Program-made: the position numbers and the translations under genes
In this document: piece after piece, positions 38,946-53,311 of the stretch
How positions within the stretch are numbered: position 1 is the first letter of the stretch
Layout: every line of letters begins with the position of its first letter
The notes under the pieces: generated by a model
The model's input: the letters and a program-made list of their open reading frames with translations, nothing else
Databases searched by the model: none
Told to the model about the DNA's origin: nothing
DNA from: Nymphaea colorata
Taxonomy: Eukaryota
Direction of reading: 5' to 3'
DNA length: 64,000 nucleotides
NCBI RefSeq assembly: GCF_008831285.2
Contig: NC_045138.2
Location: 17,422,001-17,486,000 of the forward strand

Positions 38946-40091
38946 CTAAGAAGACAAGATCAAGCATCAAAAAAAGATTTGACAGACATAAACAAACATG
39001 CTGAGTATCAAATGTTGCGCAGAGTAGTAGATACTAGAACCTCAACCTTCAAGGTATATTTGGCAATAGCAACAAATTGTTACTGTCCCATGAATCTGCC
39101 CCAAAGATTGATATGTTACGATAGTTTATGAATGATCTGCCTCGATCTTTGGGATAGATACAATGGGCAACAACTTGCTATTTTCTCATTGAATCATCCG
39201 ATTCTTGTATGATTCGAAGGGTTTGCTTCAAAATCGACAGATTTTCTTGAATCGAATCGGAAAGGGGACAATTCGATTCAAATCCACCTATTCAAGCCGA
39301 TTCTCACTGATTTTACAACAATGAGAGTTTTAGTTGACTAGTGAGAACTCGAAACCCTCCTATCAACCCTCTGAATATCAACACGAATGTCAACAATAAT
39401 ATATAGGAATTTGATGGATTCCCCAAAAGAGAGGGACGTACCAATTACCTGAAACAGACTCTATGTAAATAAGGAAGAAGAGGATTATCCAATCTTCCTT
39501 ATCATTTTTCTCCATATGTAATTTCATTTTGTTTCAAATACTTAATTATTATGGTCAACATTCCACGAAAAGTACCACCCACTTGCTTTCACATTGATGA
39601 GGGCCACATTTTACAATCTTCCTGATCATTTTTCTCTATATATAATTTCATGCTGTTTCTTTATTTAATTTCTACGCTCCATGAACACAAGCGTTCACTT
39701 GTTTTTACCAAAGTTATCAAAGTCTCTTTTTGAATTGAATCGAAAGCTAAAAGATGCAATAAATCGGGGAATTGAATCGGAATCGGAATCGTTTGAGAAT
39801 TAGATTTGATTAAAGATATATTTAAATTTTTAAAAAACATATAATTAAAAAATAGTCAGAAAAAATAAAGAAAAAATAAATTTTAAAAACAAACATAACA
39901 CAATAAACCTTTTAATGGGGATTCTGCATGTGCTAGCAACATTTTTTTTTTAACTTGCATTTAGAACCAGTTATTATTTAAGGTCAAAATTGTTTCCACA
40001 TTCTTAGGGGTTTTTTCCTGTTCTTGACAGAAACCATTACTTTTGAACATATTGCGAGGACTTTGATTTCCCAGATTTCTCGACAAAATAC

Positions 40092-40143
<52 letters not shown>

Positions 40144-41697
40144 ATTTGGTATAGCCCGGGTTTTACAGTTGCTGATTTTTTCAGTAAAAAGTATGTCGTT
40201 TTCTATCGCTAAGGCTTCAAGAAGTCAATACATCCGAACTGAATTTCAACGATTTTAATGTTTTTCTGTTCACCAAAGGGGATCATGCGGGATCCATTTT
40301 TTTGGGCAATTCTGGTCGAAACATTCTTGGTGAAAATTAGAGTCGCAAATGGTAGAAACAGACATCTGAACAATTTCTTCAGCACCTAGCCATCTTTTAA
40401 CCTGATGCATCTCGTGTTCGAAGAAAGAAAAGGATCAAGACGTTGCAAACATTGAGTTCAATATTGGGGAGCACTAAATCTGCCTCCGACTATGACGTAT
40501 CATAGCTTGGAAAACACAAGTTACATGTATAAAGCGGACATCATAGCCTGACCCACGCATCTACCTTATATGATTTTTACATGTCTTTTTAGCCAAATAT
40601 TACATTATCAATACGACCTTTATTTATTTAGTCGATAATATTTTTAATATTTAGGTGGCCTTTCAATCAGCAGAAAAAAATTTAACCAAACAAAAATTAG
40701 AGGGTTTTAACGTCAGAGCTTGTTAGCCAAAATTAAGTTTTTTGGGGAAATTTATTTGTTTAGTTATCAATAATAAGCACATTTGCATGTTTAGACGAAG
40801 TGTCAAAAGTTTGTTGAACTGTTCCCTTTTGAGTGTTTCATGCTGCTTAGGGTAGCAGATACTAGAGATTCTATCTTTAGGGTCCGCTTGGCAACAATAA
40901 TAAGCTGTTACTGTCCCATAAATCTACCCTAAAAATTGAAGCATATTCATAGACACTGTTATTATAGTATATAAATCTGCCCCAATCTTTGTGTCAACTT
41001 GATACTGTTGCCAAACATGCTTCAATTCTGCTTGTACCATGAAAGCTCATGCTTCAATTCTGCTGGTACCATGCAAGCTCCAGCTACCAGACTTACCCGA
41101 TCTGTTCCCGTCAGGCCTACTGAACTTTACGACTGAGCCCAAACAATAAGAATCATTTGCTCACCCGCTGCCAGAGGCCAGTTTTCCTTTTCCACCACCA
41201 TCAGCTGGGATGATCTACTGTAACTTCAGCAATGCAGATCCATCGTACGCCAAACACACCCAGTGCTTGGATATACCAACTCGAGCAGCATTCTCTGATG
41301 CCTGCACAAACCAATACTCTTCCTGCCACTCCAACCATATGGGCCAAAAAAATGGTAGAAACCTCTTTCGATTTTCACCGTGCATGCTCACAGGAATGTC
41401 TCTGTCACTGGAAGAAACTAGTATCTCTTACGAACAAGCACATCAGACGAGTGGCACCACTGACCACAAGTTTGGTAAAGGTGCCTATAGACAGCAGGAA
41501 TACCCTAGAGAACGGACATATACAGGAGATTGACCGATTTCTATGATATTGCACAAAGAAAGTACTCATGAAGCTGTTGAATTCAACAGAAGATACAGAA
41601 ACCTAGTTTTGTAACAGAATAAAGAATGAAAGTGCCCTTTTTTCATTATGCATCTGCACATGAAAACATATGCAGAATAAAAAAAAAAAAGAAGTCC

Positions 41698-44600
41698 TCA
41701 TATCACATTTCTTGATTCAGTCAGGTTTTGATTCTGCTTACTGTTGGTGTCTACTATGTTAGAGTTTTCTGGCTCCCATCCACCAGCCCAAGGAGCAGTA
41801 GGACCATCATTCGCACCACCGCGGATTCTTTTTTGCAAGTGCTCTAGGCTTGCAACTCGCTGCAAGGAAGGAGTGCGTCCGGTCTTGCCTATGGAACCAT
41901 GAACTTCTTCACATCCATGATTGATATCTGAGATGCCATTATTCAGTTCCTGCACATGAACAGGTTGGAAGTAGTGCTTTGAGTCATCCTGCACTGGGAC
42001 TACAGAGTCTGCTGTGTTATCTGGTGGACTGCCGGAGAATTGCACGTGCACAGATGATATATCTGTCATTGTTGGGAAAAAGGGCCCTGCACCGGTCACT
42101 CTCTTGACAGTCTCTTCAGCCATCTTAACCTAGAGATATGCAATGGGCAGCTGCTGTCAGATCAAAACTACAAATAGAGCAAGCAAAAGAAGAAATGCCA
42201 TATTTTAACAAATTCAGCATGCTGCTGAATTAAAGTTGTCCAGTTGTGAAATCTTTCAGTAACCAATAGAAAATAAGTCGTTCAACCTGGAGCATAATAG
42301 TGAACATATATTAATGCATTCAAAAGATGAAAGTAATCCACCAGAAACAAGACCATGAACCACTCTTCAACCAGCATCCAAATACAAAATTTACCTTTGC
42401 TCTAAGTGTTTCAACATCTGCCTTCAAGATTCTATTGTCCACAGAAGCTTCATTGTACTTTTGGCTGATATCTGTAAGTCTCTTCAGTAATGATGAATTC
42501 TCGACTCTCAACTGTGCTACCTAATAATCATTAAAATTGGAAAGAAAAAGAAACTTCTCAGGAGTGAATCGTATTGAAAGGAAAACATAGGTAAGACGGA
42601 AATTGGAACCTGTGTCTCAAGCTCACTCAGATGTGCTTGTTTCCTTCTTCGTGAACGTCTTGCAGATTCTCGGTTTGAAAGCATCCTGAAACAATTCAGC
42701 AGATTACCATGAGTCTTGCACTATATAGAGTGAAATAAACAAGCCTTGATTGGACAGGAAATATTGCTAAACTTGTATAAGCACATGGTACAAAAGCAGG
42801 TGGCTTATAGCTTTTAGAAAATGGAAAGGATAAAGAAAGCCTATGAGATAGCCAAAAAGCACTGCAACATGAAGTACAATAAAAAAATGTATAAAAAGAG
42901 GGACCGAACAATGCCATTAAAGACTAATATATAGAACTTTTGAAAATGGTCTCACGCTTCCTCCCCTTCCAAAAAGTAAAATCTTTAGTCAATATGAATG
43001 GGAACCAGAGCTGGAGATTATCCATATCCAGCAGATCAGAAAATAAGACCAACATTATGCTACAATAGGAAGCTTTGAGCGTTTTTCTTTTTCTGGTTTT
43101 AAAACCATGAGGGCAGTCTAGTTATTAAGCAATCAACTTCCACAATTCAGGAATCCATACACATTCAACAGGGTTTGTGTTTTAGAAAAAACTTCACAAA
43201 TTATTGTGCTTATTCTTCTTTGAGCCCTTCATATAGACTACAAGCTTAGGTGATATTACCACAAGCATGTGTTCCCACTCAGACAGGCACATTTCGGTAA
43301 CACCATTTTGGTACTGTGATTACCTCCGCATTCGTTTTGCATCAGCAGGATCCATTTGCTCTGTCACCTCAGTCTCCCCTTCAACTTCATCATCCGATAG
43401 TTCTCTTGACGATCCACTTGTAGTCATTTTGACTTGAGGGCCTTGATTTTTCTGCATGGCAGGCAAGGCTGGAATTCCAACTGGACCACCAACTGCATTG
43501 TCTGGTGTTCTGGAGAGGCCTGCAGAAGTCCTTGAAAGACAAAACTCAGAAACTACATTGATGTATATACATTATACAACAGTAAGAGCTTCAATACAAG
43601 AAAAGACAAAGCTGCCCCTAGCATGACAAAGAGAAGCTGAAGCCATGTGACAGGATGCAGTACGAAGCAGAACTGAAGCATTTGGACAGCTATGGGGGTT
43701 AATTGATTAGATTGTTTTCCCTTGAGATTGCAGCCAAATCTTAATCTTTACATTTTAACAATATGAACTACTATACAACTAGGACAAACTTTCTCCCTCT
43801 CTTTTCTTTATGTTCTCTACTTTCAAAGAACCACAAGCTAACTAAATTGTGCAACTTTTGCTTGTTCATACGTAAATAACAAAAATAATAAAATCAGTAA
43901 ACATAGGATATGTTTTATTTTCAAGGACTTGCCACAATGTGTTATCGGTCAAAAGCTACAGCAACTAGGTTTTTGGGCATCCAAATGTAAGAAATTTTTT
44001 TTGCACTTGGTTTGTTGGTGACAAGTATTAACAAATTTTCAACAATAGTACTAATAGCAGTGTGATACCATCAATCAACCAGAACCTCAATACATTATGA
44101 AAAGCACTTTCTTGTTAACATATTTGATGCCTTATGCCTTAGAACATATGAAGTGGAAATGCTTAACAGGGATTTCCACTTGTCATCAACTCATCCAATC
44201 ACAGTTCACAACAGAGAAAAAGTACCCAAGTGTGTCCAAGTACCCACTTTGGGTATGGGTACAGTGACAGGCATGTGGACCTTATTGAAATACACATGTG
44301 ACTTAGTCTATAAGTGAGAAAATACCAGGACTGCTCCCCAGATGTGGATAACTGACAATAATATGAAACTTATACCTTTAGTCGATGATTGAGAACATAG
44401 CTCAGATCTTTCTGAACCTTGATTCCCATTATCAGCCAGAGTAGCTTCATGTGATTTTACACCTGGTGCCTGCAAACATGTCAAAAGGCTTAAATCGGCC
44501 ATGTTTACCATCACATAGATGACCATCAAGTAGACACCAAGTTGCCAATGATGCATTTAAAATGCTCTAGTTCAGAATGTTGCATGACAATATGAAGGAA

Positions 44601-47160
44601 AAATGCTATATTGCTTTGACCAATAACTCTCTTTTGCTAGGACCCATTCACACACTCACAAAAATTCTATATATTTATATATAGGATATGCACAATTTTC
44701 TACCACACATGAATGAGTGGAGGTGGTTGCTTAAAGCATCAATTGGTTTACCACAATCTTGCAGCAAGAAATTTAGTGAAGATAGTTTCTAGTAATCTAG
44801 CATCACAAACCATTGGAAGAAAAACATTATTATGTATATTAGAGATAAAGTATGACAAAGTTTAAAACACACCTATAAACCAATAACAGGTTTTAATTGA
44901 TCCTTGTTTGAATCAACAATGAACTCATAATTACAGAGCAATGATTCTGCATAAGTGTTCACTCATTCCAATATGCTGAATGGCGAGACATCATCAAACC
45001 ATCAAAAGTAGGATAGATTAACTATCTTTAAAAAGTTTTCAGGATAAGAGACAAGAGGGAACCCAGAAAGAGTTAAACACATAAGAGCCAATCTAGGCCC
45101 TCAACCAAAGGAGGAAGGAACTCAAAGCAAGACTTCTGAAGAGACTGCTGTTTACCAGTGATTACTTGGAGGGAACATATTCATGTTACTAAATAGTCGA
45201 GGTAGTTCAATATACTATTTTGGAGGTAAGGACTTTCCTTAGGGTTTTCCCGTGGAGTTAACAATGAATAAACAATAGATATATTGGTCCATAAATCAAT
45301 CCTTAAGTAGTTTATAATCTTGAAAACAATAGGGCAATCCTCTCTGGACAAACTCGTGTCCCTAGAATCCTCCATCTGCACGCAATCCATCTCTGTAGTC
45401 TTGACCAAGGAAGACATAGATGAAAATTTAATAGTCAATACTCAAAGGTTAAGCAGTCACTCAACAATTTCCACCCAACCTCAAAAGAACTCACTCACCT
45501 AGTAGTTGTCTAGATATGGAACAAATTTTCACCATTAAGGTGAAAAGTGGGAAAAAAGTGACAAAGTCTAATCCTGGTCTATTATTTATCCAGCTTTGGC
45601 CAAAAATTTGTGGAAGAAAACATGAGTGAGAGAGGAGGAGAGAGAGAGACAGACAGACAGACAGAGATATTCGAACTTGTTCTTCCACAATTTTTTGGTC
45701 GAACAGGATAAATAACACACATATGGTTGTTTTCATAAATAAATAAAATAAAATAAATAAATAAAAAACTTTCTTTAGAGTGGAAGCAAAGTCTCTGTTC
45801 ACATGTTTGAGCCTTTTAAAGAAGTAGCGCCTATTTTATGATGCTCACGCGAATTCAGTTTCTCATATTTTACTCGTTCATAAGTTCTTAATAGAACCTG
45901 CATCTTACAGAAATAGGAAAAAGGAGAGATGATTTGAACACATGCTTCAGCCGTCAGTGTCATCTGAAGGGTCCTTTCGTTGCATACTAACAGATCCAAA
46001 GACCATAACTTCATAGGACAGCCACGCCGCCGTCCAGCATGCCAGAATTGAAACGTGCAGAGGAATAGAAAACACAACAGAGAAGCATGTCTAGACCCCC
46101 TGGAAGTTAAAAGCTCAAAGAGGAAATAAATCTAAAGAGCCAAATTAACCCACTGAATTCATAACGAACATTGATTTGAGACCAGTATCACATAATCCCT
46201 CTTTGGTAGTTCTAACAAGGAGTATCCATTAGAAAAGCCTGCTAATCTGTTTATCTGCTGTGAAGTGGAGTGAAACACCTAGACCATACTGAGGTAAGAT
46301 CCTGTAGTAGTCAGGAACTTAGGACACCAAGGAAATAATTTGACTAAAGATACAGTTTAATCTTTTTCTTTTTCCAGAATGTATAATCTGCACTGGAAAT
46401 CCCATTTGTAAACAGAGTTCTACAGATGTGATTCCTTGCAATCGGATTTTTCAGTTCAACGATGAAATGAAGCAAACAATTCCATATAAAACACCCTAAA
46501 ATAGCACGATCCATACGAACCCACGACCATTCACTCCAAGCGAGTTTTCAAAAGCCCAAACAGTCAAAAAATTCAATTATTGGAACAAAGTTAGGAATGC
46601 CGGAACTTTCCATCTAGAGAAAGCAAAAACAGATTAAATTGTCCCATTTAAACCAAGAGAACAATCGGTATTTCATGAAAAGAGCGTAACGGAATATAAC
46701 ATGCAGCCCGAAGACCTCAAAACACCACAAGATTCAACAAACAGAAGCCAAGCTCCTCCACCCGAATATGAACTCATTTTGAAGCGACAAAAAAGACAAA
46801 AGCAGTAAACCAAAAAAAACGAGGGAGAAGATAAACCGTACCCGGGTCAAAGCAACCACTGCGCAGGCGAGATCCAGGCGCTTCTTCAGAATCGCCTGGT
46901 ACTCCGGCGTGCCCATGGGAGGCACCGCGGCTGCCGGCTTCTCTAACTCGAGAACATCGTTCCGAGCGCCACCTCCGCCACCCGTATCCGCTGTTGCTTT
47001 CTTCTGGGAGGAAGAGGGAGAAGCGGAAGGAGAGGCTTCATGGATGAATCTATGAAGCGCCCACTCCGAAGCGTTTCGGTTCAAATTGCTAGGTTTTTCT
47101 CCATTGGAAGGAGAGGAACACCAGAAGGGATCGGTTATGTCCTCCCCAGGGTACACCCCA

Positions 47161-47165
<5 letters not shown>
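41698..47165 (-). CDS. CPRF2: Group-C bZIP transcription factor (CPRF2/bZIP63/Opaque2-like), 415 aa. Exons 47165-46842, 44469-44376, 43519-43324, 42685-42610, 42520-42395, 42129-41698
   Basis: All introns are GT-AG with consistent phases (1248 nt). Motifs: [26 protein letters not shown], basic region [24 protein letters not shown], a long leucine zipper, and the C-terminal [12 protein letters not shown]. Confidence 0.95.
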
Positions 47166-47196
<31 letters not shown>

Positions 47197-47237
47197 TCTT
47201 CTTCTTCTTCTTCTTCTTCTTCTTCTTCTTCTTCTCT
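47166..47237 (-). repeat. Compound (GAA)n(GA)n microsatellite in the bZIP 5'UTR, abutting the ATG
   Basis: Seen directly as (ct)n(tct)n on the + strand. Confidence 0.9.
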
Positions 47238-47365
47238 ACTTTTTTTTTTTCCCTGTCCTTTTTCCTTCGCCGCCGTCACCGGCAGACTCTGAGTCAGAAA
47301 AATCCGGCCGCGGCGAAAATGGAGGGTCGGAAAATCCGCAGAGGGACGCTTTAATACCCGGCCAT

Positions 47366-47450
47366 TTCTTATAAATGTCCAAACATCTTTTCCCAATTGC
47401 TTCTCATATCCCCTTAAGACTTTTGAGAGAGGATCGTGAGTGGGCCCACC
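47366..47450 (-). promoter_or_regulatory. bZIP core promoter: TATA-like TTTATAAG and a TCP-type GTGGGCCCAC palindrome
   Basis: cttataaat at 47368-47376 and gtgggcccac at 47440-47449, about 200-280 bp upstream of the ATG. Confidence 0.45.
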
Positions 47451-47627
47451 GCACGCCTTGCTTCGTCATCGTGTCTAGGTCGGATCTGGTTTATCATATG
47501 TTTGCCCTCGTCCAATCCATACCCGGATCCAATTTTGAAATCCTAAGTGCCTTCACTGAATCAATTTATTAATCAGCAAAGTTTTTTTTTATCGTATTAT
47601 TTTGAAAAAAATAAACGAATGAGCACT

Positions 47628-47676
<49 letters not shown>

Positions 47677-50029
47677 ACAGAATTTTAAAGATAGTTTAAA
47701 AATAATAGCAAATTGATAATGATTGGTAGGAAGGTTAGGACCCACTTTGCTAAAGAATGAAAGTCCCTTGAAACTTGCTTTCTTTTCAAGGGTTTGCTTA
47801 ATAAATTCTTCATGGTTCACTTATATTTTTAGTGCATTCTACCCCATAGCACTTTACCACAATGAGTGCTGTAGTTTGTAAAATGATCTGTATAAATATA
47901 TGTAAATATTGAACATCATAAGACTAAGAAAATCATACAAGTCAGATGTATAAACTAGATTTCATAAGGTTTTAAAAAATCCAGAAATCGAATTTATAAT
48001 TTTTTTGGTTCATGTGTTTATTTATACGTTACATCTATTGGTATTGTTAAATTTACAAGAAGAAAAGCTTGGAACGTTCAAAGGCACACATAAAAGCTAT
48101 ATATATATATATGTGGGTGTGACTATATATATATATATATGGACATACACCTACAACAAATCCATTTGACTAATTCTTTCCCAGAAAAGTTAAGGAGAGT
48201 CATTCAAGAAAACTATGGTTCAGGATCAAGCTCATTTGATTGGTCTCAATAAAAAATGTTGATAAGAACACTTTAGTCAAGTTCCAATCATTCATTATAA
48301 CCAAGTTTAGATAGGTAATATAAAGTTTATATTCAATAGAAATTATTTTATTCTAAGGTGATGGAAGAAAGCAAATTGAAGACTTCCAAGGAAAAGTAAG
48401 AACCATTGCTAGTAGAAGACTGGATTTAAATTCGGTTAAACAACTGACTTTTCATTTTGACTGTCTTCTCTCAACTACCATGGATGCTTTCTTTTGTCAC
48501 TTTCACCTTTAGTTTAGACTTCTGGTTCCACCTTGGATTTAATCTACTCAATACTTTCTAATGATCATGTGAACTCCTTAGAGGGTATTTGATAAGAAGA
48601 ACTTTGTAGTATTGGATAAGAAGAACCTTGTATTATTGGAACACTGTTCTATGAAGATTATGTTATTGTTGCAATAAGTATGAAATATTTATATATGAGA
48701 TATGGATATCTCTAATCATGCATGTTTTTTTAAACAAAAACATATCTGAGACCTGTGTTATATAAAGCAAGTGAAATTTTCTAAATTTACATGTAATTTA
48801 AAAAAAAAAATTGAGGTTGGGTCAGGGCTCATGTGGGCCCGCCCTTGGCTCTGCCCCTGCCGATAAGGTCGGACCCATCTGTGGGACAAGGCTCGGATCC
48901 GACTTGATCAGCAATTCGTGTTTCTTCTGTTGGTAATTTTTGCAGGAAGGATGATGGTTCAGATTTGGAGAAGATGTTCATGAGCACTTGAATTTGGAGC
49001 AATTAGAGTTTCACTGGAATCCATATTCATATTTATGCATTCAATCGGAATACGGATCCAAGATGAGTTCAAGTCAAACTTGAACGGCAATATAAACCAG
49101 TCAAATTAATATACTTTTGGTTGGGTAATGAGTTCCAGATTCAGCAGCAATTTTCTCCTGTCAAACTCGAGTTGAGGATCCAAACTCCATCCTGTATCCG
49201 ACCCAGTCAAATTCAGTGGTGCATGGATCCAAACAAAGTCAAACTCGGCCATCATGGATATGGATTTTGGATCTTCATCATACGTGTCCCCTCAAAACGC
49301 AGTGGGATCATACATCAGTTTATTTATTTTTGGTATCTGAATAATCGTGATAATTTCGTGATTTTTTTGGTGCTCAGCCAAACGCGACCTGCCTTTGTAG
49401 TGGATCCGTGGGGACTGCAAATATAAACCATATTTCAATAAATGCTTTCTCGTAAAATGGATGGTGGAGATGACAAGTGGATAATGTTATTGTAAACTGA
49501 ATTGGTTTGGATTGGACAATCGGTTTCAGTTCCGGATCCATTAAAGCCGTAGCTTGGCACTTAGGTCCGAATACATAGAGAACTGAATACTATTCCAAAA
49601 TATACAGTATTATCACGCCAACGACCTTTATATTATAAGAAAACTAAGCATAATACTTTCAAAACTCAGTTTTGATAGCATTTCACATTTTATATTAATA
49701 TCTATATTCAGTAATTTTTTTCAAGATTAAAATAAAAACTATAATAGCGTTAAAAAAAAAGAAGAAAATTTATCAAAAGAAAGAACAGTTTTTTTTTATT
49801 TTCACGCTATAGATTCTATCTTGTCTTATATCCTAGCCGTCCATCTCAGGGATCTTTTGTCAAGATTTAGCCACAGTTTGGGAGTCTAGACAACTCTTAA
49901 TTGATGTTCTTTGTCCTAATGCATCTTCTCAAACCTACCTGGACTTGAAGGAGATGGGTCTGAAGCTTTCCTGTATGAGAGTGTGTGAATAGGCCTCTCT
50001 GTGCTGGCAGATGGCGAAGTTTTCGGCCT

Positions 50030-50183
50030 CTAATAACAAGAGTTCCATCCACCTGGCTAAGGTATTGACTCGAGATATTCGAGCCAAAAAAGGTAAGGAG
50101 TTTCGACGTCTAATAACAAGAGCTCCATCCACCTGGCTAAGGTTTTGACTCGAGATATTCGAGCCAAAAAAGATAAGGAGTTC
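50030..50183. repeat. Tandem duplication, 2 x 80 bp
   Basis: ctaataacaagag.tccatccacctggctaagg..ttgactcgagatattcgagccaaaaaag at 50030 and 50110. Confidence 0.9.
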
Positions 50184-53100
50184 AAGCCGGCTGCGGCGTA
50201 CTCAATACATGACAAATCCATTGATGTCCAAATTTGACGCGAAAAATGCCAAAGCAGGGATAGACCCGGGGGTCGAAAAACTAGCTTCAAGGTTTTATGC
50301 TGGCTAGTAACAAAATATTTCGGTTTATTGAAAGCTTCCACCCTTTCCCTCATCCCGAAGTGTGTCTCGGCCTATGTACAGTTTCCTTGAGTCATAGATG
50401 GAATGACAATGATCGTCTATTAAGATTCAATCAATTAATGGGTTAACTATGGTCTTGAAAGCTTCATAAGTTCGGCAAAATTTTCAATATAAAAGTCTTT
50501 GAAGTTTTTTTTAAATGACATTTTCTTAGATATCGACAGTGCTTGTTTTCATTTTTCCAAGTAGGAACTAGGGCGGTTGCCCCTAATAAGAAACCGCGTG
50601 AGGCACTGAGCTTAGACAAGCATTTTTGAATCCCGGCTCGAACTTGACTCGAGTTTGAGTCGCATGTGGAACGAGTTGAGCTCACAAGATCCGGGCATGG
50701 GCTTGGCTCGCGGCTACGAACATTTGGCCAATCAATCAATCATGCCAATAAGATCAGTTACTCAAATCTTATGTAGTTACATCATTCTCTCCCCATCCGC
50801 GTGTTTTCTAAAACGTTATCCACAATTCTTATATTCCCATATGAAGATCTAAACAAAAGCTTATATATTTGTTTATAGTTACATCAATGTCACATCATCT
50901 TTAAAAGAAAAAGTTCAGTCACAAACCTACATAAGGGTTTTAATGAGGGAAACTCATGGTCCGCAAAAGTTGAAAATACCTAAATGAATGGCAACAAACA
51001 TGTTGGCTAGGACCACTATAGATATAGTCTTGGCTTAAAGCGAATCGGTTAAGAGGTGGGTTGGGATCCAGTGAGCTACATACTAGAACTCGATAGAGGA
51101 GTCGATCGAGTGGTTATAGTGGTATTAAAGCGTGATTAAGAGTGGTTTCGACTTAAAATCTGCCAATTGAACAAGGTTTTGGATTGAATATCCAAGGTGC
51201 ATCGCTTGGTAAAAATTGGTAACGATCGTGAGTACTTCGGGTTGACTTGAATGCAAAAATCTTGGTCTCTTTTAGGGTCTTTCTTTTGTTTTTTTAATAT
51301 TTGACTGAACCCAAGCGAAGAACGCAGACAACCAGGTGTTGAGGAATGTCACTGTCTTGGTCGAATCTTTCTGCGACACGCAACATCCACCTTATCAGGG
51401 ATTTCACTTTTATGGGAATGAGCAGCCCTGGCCATTAAATAAATTTTAAAGAAAAAAATTAACATAAACCACTTATCCGCCATTAAACGCCATACTTATT
51501 CTTATTTTAACTGTTCGAACTCAGTCTATCAATACCGATTGGATTCGGGGATCTACTGCTGAATTAATTATTCAATGGCCATTCTCATTATTTGAGGACG
51601 ACGAGATTTTGAGTTGAGTTTCTGCAACTTTCCGCTATCAAAGCATCTTGAAACATGAAAGTGAAATGATATTCAATGAGTATGATACAAATCTAATACG
51701 ACCCATCTTTTCAAAAGTTTTATATAGGATTGTTAGGTGCTACTTTTGGGCCTGCAATTTTATTCTCCCATGTTCTCTTTTTTGGTTTTCTGGCTCTTCA
51801 CATTCACAGTGTCATGGATTTTGTGGCATGGTTTTCACTTGACTTCTTTGGCCACATTCTAGGACATTGGGATCCACCAAACTAATCAGTGTGGCAACAC
51901 CTTTTTATTGACTGTTGTTTCTTTGGTCAGATGCATGCTGCCACCACTTGGCCTTTTCTCCCTCTGGTCTTTCCTCTCACCAAGGCAGCATATTAGCTTT
52001 TCATCTTCACCTTCTTCACCGTGATTGGTAATTTACTTGGTGGTTTTGACTCACTATCGAATTTTGGAAGAGTGGAACAATGGAATGCTGAGGAATACAA
52101 CAGCGAGTGTTGTATTTTTTACGCCACGCATAACTCATCGCCATTCATCTAAACACATGGTCTGCTGCCATGTTTTACGTGCAAAATTGTAAATAATCTT
52201 ATATATACACATGTAGGTGCGTGAAAAGCAGAAAGGGGAGAAAAAGAAACGCTCGCACAAAATGGAATGCTTCAATGGCCGCTCAATATGTTCGGGCAAT
52301 GGACGTCCGGCGATGGAGAATCCCAATTAGGTTTTCCAACCTCAATACAGAAGCCGGTTTTACAAGAGTGGGTGCTTAGCGATAGATGCCCGACGGTGAG
52401 AGAAGCAAGAAAGCAGGACTGTAGAAGGGCACGATAACAATGGAGGACGGGAGGATATCGATGGCGGAACGCCGGCGGCGGATGGCACTGCCATGATATT
52501 GGATGAACTTGAAACAGAAGTTACCGGTGGGAGTCAAAAGCAACTGCTAAAATTCCAAGTTGAAAGCATGTGAATAACAGAACAAGTTCAGAAAAGAATG
52601 AATGGAGATGGAGCAGTAAAAGTGCGCTTAAACACTGCCAACCTGCTAGTTATGGTTGCGGAAATGCTGTTGCTTGGCCTCATAAATGGCCTTCGTGGTT
52701 ATTTCTGGAGATACTGGTTGCTCACAGTCTGAAGTACCATGATTTGGCTTGTTTTTTGTTGTGTTAAGTCTTGCTTGTTATGAGGGTTCATGGTGTTTCT
52801 GCTTTATTTGAATTTGCCTTTTTGTCTCAATACTTGGGTTTGTTTTGTTCTGAAATTTGAGCTAGAAAAATTTGGTTAAGAGGCATTAGATACTAAATTT
52901 TAAATTTTTAAGAGACACAATGAGAAGAATTGTTGAGGAATATCAACATAAAAACAATACATTTTTTGTGGTCAGTATAAGCAAAACTGCCCACAGGTAG
53001 CCCACACCTGCCTCTGCAGGCGCCTGATCGAGGGTGTTTTCAGTACTCCTTTGTTCATTTGGACTGAAGGTTTTTTCAGTCTTTAGATCTAATCCCCAAC

Positions 53101-53269
53101 TTCTTGTATTGCTAGTAATGTTGAGCAATAATGTTCTCTCTTTTTCCTTCTCTTTGCTCTCACTCTTTTCTTTCATTTGTTTTTTTAGTTTTCTTCTTCT
53201 CTTGCTAACTTTTATAGAACTTACTGACAACTTGCCATCTAATTTTCTTGTCTTAATGCATTCCATTTG

Positions 53270-53311
<42 letters not shown>

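Larger units (their letters stand above)
34942..38990. repeat. ~4-kb palindrome with ~800-bp arms (34942-35738 and 38165-38990)
   Basis: Near-identical reverse complements, e.g. 35461-35530 vs 38371-38440. Confidence 0.95.

Noticed and set aside
44516..44529. tagatgaccatcaa, resembling miR827
   Set aside because: A 14-nt partial match in a bZIP intron with no complementary star arm nearby.
47166..47396. N-terminal poly-E/RE extension of the bZIP in the ORF track
   Set aside because: It is translated microsatellite and promoter sequence. The upstream start lies beyond the TATA-like box, and the family-like start is MDGVY at 47165.
52300..52570. GC-richer, exon-like patch
   Set aside because: No sustained ORF, splice pattern or recognisable protein motif; cannot be assigned without a search.
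53059..53070. ttggactgaagg, identical to the 5' part of miR319
   Set aside because: Only 12 nt match, the 3' half differs, and there is no miR319-type long precursor.
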